Of a stretch of DNA of 54,429 nucleotides, positions 38,109-46,851 are shown in pieces. Each line of letters starts with the position of its first letter. Position 1 is the stretch's first letter. A program made the translations under genes and the position numbers. The notes beneath the pieces were generated by a model. That model saw nothing but the letters and a program-made list of their open reading frames with translations, made no database searches and had not been told where the DNA came from. Source of the DNA: Verrucomicrobiota bacterium (GTDB taxonomy: Bacteria > Verrucomicrobiota > Verrucomicrobiia > Limisphaerales > CANJSG01); contig JAYTUE010000186.1 of assembly GCA_043744715.1 (NCBI GenBank), positions 1 through 54,429 on the forward strand, written 5' to 3'.

Positions 38109-38987
38109 ATGCAAGCCCTGTTTGATTCGCTCGTGGAGCTGATCCGCCGCACCTCGGCCGAGATGCCGGATGACGTCAACAACGCGCTGATCCGCGCGCT
38201 CGAAACCGAGAAGAAGGGCACCATCGCCGAGTCCGCCCTCAAGATCATCGACCGCAACATCGAGCTGGCGAAGCGCAAGTCGCAGCCCATCTGCCAGGAC
38301 ACCGGCAGCATCCTCTTCTACATCGATTGCCCCGTGGGCTTCGACCAGATCGCCTTCGAGGAGACCACGCGCGAAGCCGTGACGGCCGCGACCAAGAAGG
38401 GTTATCTCCGGCAGAACTCGGTCGATTCCCTCACCGGCAAAAACGACGGCACCAACGTCGGACCCGGTTCGCCCATCCTCCATTTCCACCAGCACCGCAG
38501 CGATGCGCTCGAAGTCCGCCTCGCGCTCAAGGGCGGCGGTTGCGAGAACGTCGGCGCGCAATACTCCCTGCCCATCGAGAAGCTCGCCGCCAACCGCGAT
38601 CTGGACGGCTGCCGAAAAGTCATTCTCGACGCCGTGCTCCAGGCTCAGGGCAAGGGCTGCGGCCCCGGCATCCTCGGCGTGTGCATCGGCGGCGACCGCG
38701 CCACCGGCTACGAGTATTCCAAGAAGCAGTTCCTCCGGCTCCTCGACGACGTGAACCCGCACCCGAAACTGGCCGCGCTGGAGAAGGACATCACCGAGAC
38801 GTCAAACGCGCTCGGCATCGGCCCGATGGGCTTCGGCGGCAAGACCACGCTGCTCGGCACGAAGATCTGCGCCATCAACCGCCTGCCCGCCTCGTTCTTC
38901 GTCAGCATCAGCTACATGTGCTGGGCCTTCCGCCGACGTGGCGTCGTGCTGGAGAACGATGGGAAGATCGGGAAATGGCTGTATTGA
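38109..38987 (+). CDS. Fe-S hydro-lyase, tartrate dehydratase/class I fumarase alpha subunit
   Basis: PICQDTG, KGGGCEN, GCGPGILGVCIGG, GIGPMGFGG and YMCWA motifs. Confidence 0.9.
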   Translation: MQALFDSLVELIRRTSAEMPDDVNNALIRALETEKKGTIAESALKIIDRNIELAKRKSQPICQDTGSILFYIDCPVGFDQIAFEETTREAVTAATKKGYLRQNSVDSLTGKNDGTNVGPGSPILHFHQHRSDALEVRLALKGGGCENVGAQYSLPIEKLAANRDLDGCRKVILDAVLQAQGKGCGPGILGVCIGGDRATGYEYSKKQFLRLLDDVNPHPKLAALEKDITETSNALGIGPMGFGGKTTLLGTKICAINRLPASFFVSISYMCWAFRRRGVVLENDGKIGKWLY

Positions 38988-39003
38988 CCGCTTCTCAAAT
39001 TGC

Positions 39004-39609
39004 ATGGAGGCGATACTTGCACCTGTTTCTTGGTCCCGGATGATCCGTGCCGTGGAAAAGGTGCGTGAACGTCTTTTGCGGGCCGCAGCCGCGTTGAACG
39101 CTTCGGGCGTCCCCTACGCCGTGGCGGGAGACGACGCGGTGGCCGCGTGGGTATCGACCGTGGACGAGGCCGCCGTCCGCACAACGCGCGATGTGGACAT
39201 CCTCCTGCGCCGCGCCGATCTCGAAGCGGCCAAGGTCGCCCTGGCATCCGTTGGATTCATCCATCGGCGGGTTTCCAGCCTGGGACAGCCCGGCGGCATG
39301 GAAGTCTTCCTAGATGGTCCAGAGGCCGGAGTCCGCGACGCGCTGCACATCGTATTCGCAGGGGAGAAAGTGCGCTCAGACAATCCCCTGCCCGCCCCAG
39401 ACGTCTCGGAATCGGAGACAGCTGACCAGTTCCGCCTCGTCTCTCTCGAAGCGTTGGTCCGGATGAAACTGACGGCCTTCCGCGACAAGGACCGCACCCA
39501 CCTACGCGATCTCATCGAACTGGGTCTGGTCGATGCAGCTTGGCTAGAGCGTCTGCCCATGGAGCTGCGTTCGCGTCTGAAGGAACTCATCGAGCATCCC
39601 GAAGGCTGA
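39004..39609 (+). CDS. Putative nucleotidyltransferase-fold protein
   Basis: VPYAVAG..AV, RTTRDVDIL and LVRMKLTAFRDKDRTHL motifs. Confidence 0.65.
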   Translation: MEAILAPVSWSRMIRAVEKVRERLLRAAAALNASGVPYAVAGDDAVAAWVSTVDEAAVRTTRDVDILLRRADLEAAKVALASVGFIHRRVSSLGQPGGMEVFLDGPEAGVRDALHIVFAGEKVRSDNPLPAPDVSESETADQFRLVSLEALVRMKLTAFRDKDRTHLRDLIELGLVDAAWLERLPMELRSRLKELIEHPEG

Positions 39610-39638
39610 TCGCGAAAGCCCGATTGTCTTCTGGCGAG

Positions 39639-40079
39639 ATGTTCCCGACACCACAACGGCATGAGTGCATCGACTCTTTCGTATCGGGTCTGCTCTCGCC
39701 CATCCTCGCCGTGCGCGACCCGCAGCAGCGGCTGGCGCGGTTGGTGGAGATGGCCAAGGCGCGTCCGCTCCTCCCGGATGCGCTGAAGCTGGACGTGCAT
39801 CACGTCGAAGGTTGCCAGGTGCGGATCTGGTTCATCCCTGTGTTCCAAGACGGCCGGTGCTGGTTCCACTCGGACTCGGACGCTGTCACGCTCAAGGCTC
39901 TCGTCGGCCTGCTCTGCGAGGTCTACAGCGGCCGCACTCCGGCCGAGATCGCCGGGCATGAACCGACGTTCCTCGAAGAGCTCGCCGTGTTGAAGCAGCT
40001 CGCCGAAAGCCGCCGCGCCACCGTCCGGCGAGTGGCCCAGAAGATCCGGGACTTCGCCACCCAGCACGGCGCGGTGTGA
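39639..40079 (+). CDS. sufE: SufE family protein
   Basis: VEGCQVRIW, SDSDA..LKALV and TPAEI motifs. Confidence 0.85.
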   Translation: MFPTPQRHECIDSFVSGLLSPILAVRDPQQRLARLVEMAKARPLLPDALKLDVHHVEGCQVRIWFIPVFQDGRCWFHSDSDAVTLKALVGLLCEVYSGRTPAEIAGHEPTFLEELAVLKQLAESRRATVRRVAQKIRDFATQHGAV

Positions 40080-40143
40080 AATGTCGGCGACTGTGAAGAT
40101 CGTGGACTTGCACTCGCACGCCGCACTGTCGGAGCCTCCGCCC

Positions 40144-40623
40144 GTGTCCAAACGTGTCTTAGGAAGAGGCCTCGGTTCCCTCATGGAACGCGCGAACGCC
40201 GCCGACCTCCAGCCCAGCGAGGCCCGTGCTGGCGACGATCGCACCAACGCCTCTCCTTCCGCATCGGCCGCTGGCCCCGGTCTCCGCCAGTTCGTCCAGG
40301 TCAGCGTCGGCCGGAAGGTTCTTTCGACCGAGGCAATGTCCGAAACGGCTTCATCTCCTTCATCTCCTTCATCTCCTTCGTCGATGCCAACGGCGCCTAC
40401 GAAACGGTTCCGTCCAGCGCCGATGTCCTCACGCCGGGCACCCGCGTTAGGTCTGGTCCCCCTGGGATTGCTGCTCGCGGATGCCACGATCATGGGACTG
40501 GCCTTTGCCCTGATGAAGGCACCGGCTCCCTCAATGGAAAGGCTGTTGCTGTGTTCGCTCGCGCTGGGAGTGGCGTGTGCCGCCGGTTGTCTTGCGGTCG
40601 TCTCCGCCAGGGAGGAATCCTGA
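40144..40623 (+). CDS. Hypothetical protein: N-terminal LGRGL peptide, disordered linker, two C-terminal TM helices
   Basis: GTG 40144 with GGAG SD gives MSKRVLGRGLGSLM; stop is 1 nt before the next ATG. Confidence 0.65.
   Translation: MSKRVLGRGLGSLMERANAADLQPSEARAGDDRTNASPSASAAGPGLRQFVQVSVGRKVLSTEAMSETASSPSSPSSPSSMPTAPTKRFRPAPMSSRRAPALGLVPLGLLLADATIMGLAFALMKAPAPSMERLLLCSLALGVACAAGCLAVVSAREES
40349..40379. repeat. In-frame 9-bp tandem repeat (SSP x3)
   Basis: tcatctcct x3. Confidence 0.7.
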
Positions 40624-40624
40624 G

Positions 40625-41251
40625 ATGGGCCTGAACACGGAACTCATCCCGGCCAAGGAACACGACAGTCGCAGGCTCCTGGTTGTGCTTCACGGGCTCG
40701 GCGACAGTCGGGAAGGCTACCGCTGGCTCACGGCGGCATTGAATCTCCCGTGGTTGAATATCCTGCTGGTCGATGCTCCCGACCAATACTACGGTGGTTT
40801 CTCATGGTATGACTACGCCGGCGACGCGCTTCCCGGAGTGGAACGGAGCCGGAAATTGCTGACCAGCCTGCTCGAGGAATTGCCCGCGAAAGGTTTCCCT
40901 GCGAATGAAACGATGCTTTTTGGTTTCTCGCAGGGCTGCCTGATGACCTTGGAAACCGGCCTTCGTTTGATCCATCCACTGGCGGGGCTCATCGGGGTCA
41001 GCGGCTACGTGACGGATGCGGAGCGACTGGTCCGCGAGATGTCGCCGGGTGCAAAATCAAGGCCCGTCCTCGTGACCCACGGCACGCTGGACCCGCTCAT
41101 TCCCTGTGCGAAAGCGCGTCTGCAGATGGCGGCGCTCCAGGCGGCGGCGGTTCCGCTGGAGTGGAGGGAATTCCGGAAGGAACACACCATCGTCGACGAC
41201 GAAGTCAGGCTGTTCCGCGAGTTCATCGGCCGCTGTCTGAATCCGGCCTGA
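40625..41251 (+). CDS. Phospholipase/carboxylesterase (alpha/beta hydrolase)
   Basis: LHGLGDS, GFSQG and HGTLDPLI motifs; C-terminal EH. Confidence 0.88.
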   Translation: MGLNTELIPAKEHDSRRLLVVLHGLGDSREGYRWLTAALNLPWLNILLVDAPDQYYGGFSWYDYAGDALPGVERSRKLLTSLLEELPAKGFPANETMLFGFSQGCLMTLETGLRLIHPLAGLIGVSGYVTDAERLVREMSPGAKSRPVLVTHGTLDPLIPCAKARLQMAALQAAAVPLEWREFRKEHTIVDDEVRLFREFIGRCLNPA

Positions 41252-41265
41252 CACCGGGAAGCCAG

Positions 41266-42009
41266 TCAGTTTTCCAAGGCCTTCGGCGGACCGATGATGA
41301 ACGACGTGACCAGGGCCTGACGGGAAGTCGCAGGATTTTGGAACAGCGCCACCAGCCGGACGGCCTCGGCGGAACGCGGTTTGTTGACCTTCCCCACGGG
41401 CGAGTGGTGGAGAAGGTTCGAGGCTTCCCTGAGCTGGGCCCGAATCCCCGCATCTATCGACCCGGCCCGGTGCCAAGCCTCCTTTGCGGTGCCAAGCGAC
41501 GACGTCCTTGCCATCCGGCCTTCGACGGATTGTTCCAAACCGGCGGCGCGGCGATAGGCGCCATCCGGTGTCTTCATCGAACTCAGATAGGTCGGAACAG
41601 GCTCTTCCGAATCACCCTCTTCGACTGACACGACCGCAGGCCGGCTCTGATAGGAAGGTGGTGGTGGAGGTGCCTGCCGAACAATCGGGGGAGGTGGTGG
41701 CAACGGAGGCGGCGCAGGTGGCTGGGGATCCAATCCCTGGAGCATGCGCCGGATTTCTTCCTCCCATTGGCTGAGGGGCTTCCCGGCTGGACTGGTCGCC
41801 TGAGTGGTTGGCTCCGAAGGCCGACGCTCGGTCGGAGTGGGCCAGTTGCCCAGGGTGGCATCCTCCTTCGCCTTCTCCCTTTGGCGTTTCTTCTTGAGCC
41901 ATTCCGCCGCGCTCGAGATTCCCGCGATGACGAGCAGAAGCAGGAACCCCTCGATGCCCATGGCCAGAAGGCCGGCCGTGCCGAAAAGGGGATTGAGCGG
42001 GTCGATCAT
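41266..42009 (-). CDS. Hypothetical membrane-anchored Pro-rich protein (YqfB-like position)
   Basis: N-terminal TM, poly-Pro linker, ends IIGPPKALE; downstream of floA. Confidence 0.65.
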   Translation of the reverse strand: MIDPLNPLFGTAGLLAMGIEGFLLLLVIAGISSAAEWLKKKRQREKAKEDATLGNWPTPTERRPSEPTTQATSPAGKPLSQWEEEIRRMLQGLDPQPPAPPPLPPPPPIVRQAPPPPPSYQSRPAVVSVEEGDSEEPVPTYLSSMKTPDGAYRRAAGLEQSVEGRMARTSSLGTAKEAWHRAGSIDAGIRAQLREASNLLHHSPVGKVNKPRSAEAVRLVALFQNPATSRQALVTSFIIGPPKALEN

Positions 42010-42048
42010 CGCGGAGGCGTTCGTTGATGCAGCGCGGGGGGCGGCGGA

Positions 42049-43092
42049 TTACTTCGATTGCGTCGGAGTTTGGCTGCCGCCGGCGATGGTCTCGCGCATT
42101 GAGGTGTCGGCCTGGACGTTCTTCATCTTGTAGTAGTCCATGATGCCGAGGTTGCCGTTGCGGAAGGCTTCGGCCATGGCCATGGGGATCTGGGCTTCGG
42201 CTTCGACGACGCGGGCGCGCATCTCGGCGACGCGGGCGGTCATCTCCTGCTCCACGGCGACGGCGGCGGCGCGGCGGACTTCGGCGTGGGCCTGGGCAAT
42301 GAGCTTGTTGGCCTCGGCCTGTTCGGCCTGAAGCTTGGCACCGACGTTCTCGCCGACGTCGAGGTCGGCGATGTCGATGGAGAGGATCTCGAAGGCCGTG
42401 TTGGAATCGAGCGCCTTGCCCAAGACGGTCTTGGAGATGCGGTCGGGATTTTCGAGCACGTCCTTGTAGCTGTTGGACGAGCCGATGGTGGTGACGATGC
42501 CCTCGCCGACACGGGCGATGATCGTCTCCTCGGTCGCGCCGCCGACGAAGCGGTCGAGGTTGGTGCGGACGGTGACGCGGGCCTTGGCCTTGATGACGAT
42601 GCCGTCCTTGGCCACGGCGTCGATCGTGGTCTTGCCGGAGGAGGCCGCAGGACAGTCGATGACCTTGGGATTGACCGACGTCTTCACGGCTTCGAGCACG
42701 GTCTTGCCGGTGCCCTTGGTCGCGAGGTCGATGGCGCAGGCGCGGTCGAAGTCGAGGTGGATGCCGGCTTTGCGCGCGGCGATGAGGGCGAGGACCACCA
42801 TCTCGATGTTGCCGCCGGCGAGGAAGTGGGTGGAAAGGTCGTCGATCGTCAGATCGATGCCGGACTTCACCGCCGTAATGCGTAGATCGACGACGACACC
42901 CACGGGAACACTCCGCAGGCGAAGGGCGATCAATTCAAACGGGCCGACCGGTGCGCCGGAAAACGTGGCCCGCAGCCAGATGGAAAAGAAGTTTCCCGCC
43001 CAGATGAGAAGGACGAGTCCGATGACGCCCAGGACGCCCCAGAGCAAGATTTGAAATGGCAACTCGGCGAGCATGGGTTGGTAATCAGTCAT
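42049..43092 (-). CDS. floA: Flotillin-like protein FloA (YqfA)
   Basis: [37 protein letters not shown] and [16 protein letters not shown] motifs. Confidence 0.93.
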   Translation of the reverse strand: MTDYQPMLAELPFQILLWGVLGVIGLVLLIWAGNFFSIWLRATFSGAPVGPFELIALRLRSVPVGVVVDLRITAVKSGIDLTIDDLSTHFLAGGNIEMVVLALIAARKAGIHLDFDRACAIDLATKGTGKTVLEAVKTSVNPKVIDCPAASSGKTTIDAVAKDGIVIKAKARVTVRTNLDRFVGGATEETIIARVGEGIVTTIGSSNSYKDVLENPDRISKTVLGKALDSNTAFEILSIDIADLDVGENVGAKLQAEQAEANKLIAQAHAEVRRAAAVAVEQEMTARVAEMRARVVEAEAQIPMAMAEAFRNGNLGIMDYYKMKNVQADTSMRETIAGGSQTPTQSK

Positions 43093-43119
43093 AGAAGAAT
43101 TAAAGCGTTGGAGAGTGGA

Positions 43120-43584
43120 TCATGTGGCGGAGATCTGACGGACGACGACCCGGAGTCCTTCGACGGCGACGACGGTGATGGGGGTGCCCTGTTCGATCAT
43201 TACGCCGTCCGCGACCACGTCGACACGCTGATGGTTGATCAACGCTGTTCCGGAGGGACGCAGCTTGGTAAAGGCTACCCCATTCTGCCCGACCAACTCG
43301 GGGCGTTCCACGCCGATATCCCCGATCGTGCGGGTCAGGGTGAACCGGCGGGCATAACGCGATCCCGGGAAATACTTGAGGTAGGCCATCGACCCAATGA
43401 GACAGAAAACCACCACCCCGATCAGGACAACGCTCCCCGTCTCGGTGCCGAGCCGGCCATAGGCGACCACCACTCCGGCGATCAGACAGCAGAACCCGAT
43501 GATGCCCGCGATCAGGCCAGGGAGAACGGTCTCAAGCACCAGAAGCAGAATCCCGGCGATGAGCAGTGTGAGAACCAGTTCCAT
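43120..43584 (-). CDS. Short NfeD family protein (TM + OB fold)
   Basis: ETVLPG, G.A.TKLRPSGTA and VDVVADG..IE.G motifs. Confidence 0.85.
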   Translation of the reverse strand: MELVLTLLIAGILLLVLETVLPGLIAGIIGFCCLIAGVVVAYGRLGTETGSVVLIGVVVFCLIGSMAYLKYFPGSRYARRFTLTRTIGDIGVERPELVGQNGVAFTKLRPSGTALINHQRVDVVADGVMIEQGTPITVVAVEGLRVVVRQISAT

Positions 43585-43674
43585 GGATGTGAAATTAGCG
43601 GTCAGCCCAACGCCAGCAAGTGGAACTAACGCATGATTTTCCAACGGACGACGGATCAATCGACCAGGGAAGCC

Positions 43675-45021
43675 TCAGACAATCGTGGCCAAGGCGGCGT
43701 CCAGCCGTTTCACGACGCGCTCTTTGCCGAGGACTTCGAGCAAGTGATACAAGCTCGGGCCCACGGTCCGGCCCGTGGTGGCGAGACGGGTCGGATGCAC
43801 AAGCACGCCGGTCTTGACGCCCGCTTCAGCGGCCACGGCCTTGAGGGTCGTTTCGAGAGTGGCCGCGTCGAAAGCAGCCAGAGAGGCGAAGGCATCGCGG
43901 AGCTTCTGGATGCGTGGCTTGGCTTCGGCGACGAAATCCTTGGCCGCACCGGCCGCGTCGAATTCGCCGACTTCCTTGAAATAGAATCCGCCGAAGAGCG
44001 GGAGTTCGGAGAAGTGTTTAATCTTCTCCTGGCACGACTTCAACGCGCCACCGATGTAGTCCTGCGCAAAGCCGTCGAGGCTGATGCCGGACTTGGCGAA
44101 TGCGGCGCGGGCCAACGTCTCGAATCGATCCAGTGCCATGACACGGATGTATTCGCCGTTCACCCAGTGGAGCTTGTCGAGGTCGAAGCCGGCGTTGTGC
44201 CGGATGATCTGCGGCAGATCGAAGAGCTGGACGACTTCTTGGAGCGGGACGATCTCGCGGTTGCCCTTGGGCGACCAGCCGAGGAGGCAGAGGTAGTTCA
44301 GCACGGCCTCGGGCGCATAGCCTTCGTCCATGTAGTTGGTCAGCGAAGCCCCGGTGTCGCGCTTGCTCATCTTGGACTTGTCCTTGTTCAGGATGAGCGG
44401 GATGTGGGCGTATTTCGGCGGCTCGACCCCGAAGGCCTTGAAGAGGGCGATGTGCTTCGCGGTGTTGCTGAGATGGTCTTCGCCCCGGATGACATGGGTG
44501 ATCTTCATCTCCATGTCGTCGATGACGTTGACCAGATGGAACACAGGCACGCCGTCGCTGCGGACGATGACGAAATCGGGGTCCATCTTCTCGCGATCCG
44601 TGAGCTCGCGGGTGACGTTGCCGACGACGATGTCGGGGATGAGCACCGGCTCGCGCTGCATCTTGAACCTTACCGCTCCTTCGTGTTCGTAGGCGAAGCC
44701 GTTATCCTTCAATTCCTGGATGCGCTTCCTATAGATCTCGCCGCGGGCGGACTGGAAGTAGGGGCCGTAGTCGCCCTTGCTGGGACCGGTTACCGCCCCC
44801 GTCGTCGGGCCTTCGTCCCAATCGAGGCCGAGCCAGCGAAGGCCGTTCAGGATCACGTCCACGGCTTCCTGGGAATTGCGCGCCTGGTCGGTGTCCTCGA
44901 TGCGGAGGACGAAGATGCCTCCCATGTGGCGGGCATAGAGCCAGTTGAAAAGGGCGGTGCGGGCGCCTCCGATGTGGAGGTAGCCGGTGGGACTGGGGGC
45001 GAAACGGACGCGAACGCTCAT
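43675..45021 (-). CDS. gltX: Glutamate--tRNA ligase
   Basis: RFAPSPTGYLHIGG, LRIEDTD, VIRGEDH and KMSKR motifs. Confidence 0.95.
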   Translation of the reverse strand: MSVRVRFAPSPTGYLHIGGARTALFNWLYARHMGGIFVLRIEDTDQARNSQEAVDVILNGLRWLGLDWDEGPTTGAVTGPSKGDYGPYFQSARGEIYRKRIQELKDNGFAYEHEGAVRFKMQREPVLIPDIVVGNVTRELTDREKMDPDFVIVRSDGVPVFHLVNVIDDMEMKITHVIRGEDHLSNTAKHIALFKAFGVEPPKYAHIPLILNKDKSKMSKRDTGASLTNYMDEGYAPEAVLNYLCLLGWSPKGNREIVPLQEVVQLFDLPQIIRHNAGFDLDKLHWVNGEYIRVMALDRFETLARAAFAKSGISLDGFAQDYIGGALKSCQEKIKHFSELPLFGGFYFKEVGEFDAAGAAKDFVAEAKPRIQKLRDAFASLAAFDAATLETTLKAVAAEAGVKTGVLVHPTRLATTGRTVGPSLYHLLEVLGKERVVKRLDAALATIV

Positions 45022-45047
45022 GGTTGTTCCAAATTTTAAGAGGCGAC

Positions 45048-45075
45048 ACCTTAGCGGTGAAGGTTGACGAGGCAA
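45048..45075 (-). promoter_or_regulatory. Candidate sigma70 promoter of gltX
   Basis: TTGCCT-16nt-TAAGGT on the minus strand. Confidence 0.35.
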
Positions 45076-45090
45076 GCCCGACGCCGTCCG

Positions 45091-46851
45091 TCACTTCCGC
45101 CCGATGGACTGTAGGAACTGGAGCTCGGTCTTGTTGAAGCCGGCATTCGACAACGATTCGGAAAGCTGCACCTGCTCCGCCACCTTGCCGTTCAACCGAT
45201 AGACCGTCATGGCGACGGCTCTCCATCGGGCCGGCAACATGGTCGGACTGATCGGAAGGCTCTGGAGCATCTGGAGACCGGCGGCCGAGTCTCCCTGTCT
45301 CACATGGGCGAGGGCCGCGAGGACGCGGAAGTTCTGCCGGTCCGGCTTGACCCTGATTTCCCTGAGGCATTCATCCAAGGTTTGACGAACCAGTTCACGG
45401 TCGCCCACGAGGAGGTTCAAGTAATAGAAATCTACCTTCGTCCGCTCATCGACGCGCTGCCCGACGACGATCCTTCCCAAGGCGTCGCGGGCCGCCTTCA
45501 GGTCGCCCTGCCCCATGTGGATCGAATAGGTCTGGCGATTGGCCCGGGCCGAGACCGCGTTGGGAACGGCGGGGTTCAAATAGGGGGCATAGGCCCGAAG
45601 CGCGATGTCGTTCCGGCCGATTCGTTCAGCGAGGGTTCCAAGGATGAGGGCGCTGGGGAAGTTGGTGGAGGTTTCGCGGAGCACCGCATTCCACATCAGC
45701 GTCTCTCCTTCCGTGTCTCCGCGCAGCGACTTGAGGTAGGCCCGCATGCCTTTGCGGAAAACCGGGCCCAAGGGAACATCGGCCCGCTGGATCAGGGCAT
45801 CGGCTTCTTCCCAGCGTTTGAGGCCGGTAAGGGCTTCCAGTCTCGACGTGCAGAGATTCAGGTTGGTTCCCATCCTCGAGTCCGTGATGAGCACGAGCGT
45901 CGAATCGTAGGCCTTCCGGTAGTTCAGCCAGACCACGAGTTCCTGGAGGGCGGCATCGTTCGTGACCGCCGTCCGATTGACCGTCTCGGTGATCAGCGCT
46001 TCCCGACGGGTCTGGACCGTGCTGTCGGTCACCCAAAGGAGGTTTGCCCGGAGGATGGCATTGGTGGATGCGGCAGGGCTTGAGTCCAGCCAGGTGATGA
46101 GCTGTCGGGATTCGGCGGGCTTGAGGTCCGACACACCGGCCAGTCTCTGCCACGCATCGACCCGGTAGCGGTTGGTGCGTCCTGAAAGTTCCCAAACGAG
46201 CTTACGTCCTTCCTGCTTTTCCGAGGCCGAATCCGAGGCCATCAACAAAACCCCGTATTGGAACTGGAATTTCTCCTCGTCGGGGGAGTTGACTAGGGCG
46301 GCCTTGGCGTAAACAGCTGCCTGCTCATTGTCGCCCTGGAGCCGGTAAAACTCCGCCGCCAATGAAAGGCTCCTCGGTTCAGGAGGGGTCTTCCGCATGA
46401 GCGTCGCGATCTGCTCGGAGGCGTAGTCCAGGCGTCCCAGTCCCAGGACGAACTCAGTGAAGTCCTGACGCTCTTCCGATGTCACATTGGGTGAACGCAG
46501 GATCTCGAACCAAGAGCGGAACGCCTGCTCTAGGCTTATTTTTTCGGAAGCCTTGGCCAACGCTCCCCGAAACCGCGTCTGGTCGGGATCCATCTGCATC
46601 GCCAGCTCGTATCGGTCGAGGGCGTTGGTCCATTGTCCGAGCGCGAAAAACTCCTGGCCCCGGTTGAAGAACGACTCGGCCCTCATCGCCTTCAAACCAT
46701 CGTATGCCGGAGGCACCGTGAAGTAACCGATGATCAGCACCAGCGCCGCAATTCCGCCAATGAGCAGCTTCTTCTTCCAAGACCAGCGCTTGCGGGAATG
46801 TTCGCGCTCCTGCGGCCGTTGTTCCTGCTGAGTGGGAGCATCCATGGTCAC
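45091..46851 (-). CDS. Membrane-anchored TPR-repeat protein
   Basis: N-terminal TM then helical TPR-like repeats; GTG overlaps the exosortase stop. Confidence 0.75.
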   Translation of the reverse strand: MTMDAPTQQEQRPQEREHSRKRWSWKKKLLIGGIAALVLIIGYFTVPPAYDGLKAMRAESFFNRGQEFFALGQWTNALDRYELAMQMDPDQTRFRGALAKASEKISLEQAFRSWFEILRSPNVTSEERQDFTEFVLGLGRLDYASEQIATLMRKTPPEPRSLSLAAEFYRLQGDNEQAAVYAKAALVNSPDEEKFQFQYGVLLMASDSASEKQEGRKLVWELSGRTNRYRVDAWQRLAGVSDLKPAESRQLITWLDSSPAASTNAILRANLLWVTDSTVQTRREALITETVNRTAVTNDAALQELVVWLNYRKAYDSTLVLITDSRMGTNLNLCTSRLEALTGLKRWEEADALIQRADVPLGPVFRKGMRAYLKSLRGDTEGETLMWNAVLRETSTNFPSALILGTLAERIGRNDIALRAYAPYLNPAVPNAVSARANRQTYSIHMGQGDLKAARDALGRIVVGQRVDERTKVDFYYLNLLVGDRELVRQTLDECLREIRVKPDRQNFRVLAALAHVRQGDSAAGLQMLQSLPISPTMLPARWRAVAMTVYRLNGKVAEQVQLSESLSNAGFNKTELQFLQSIGRK

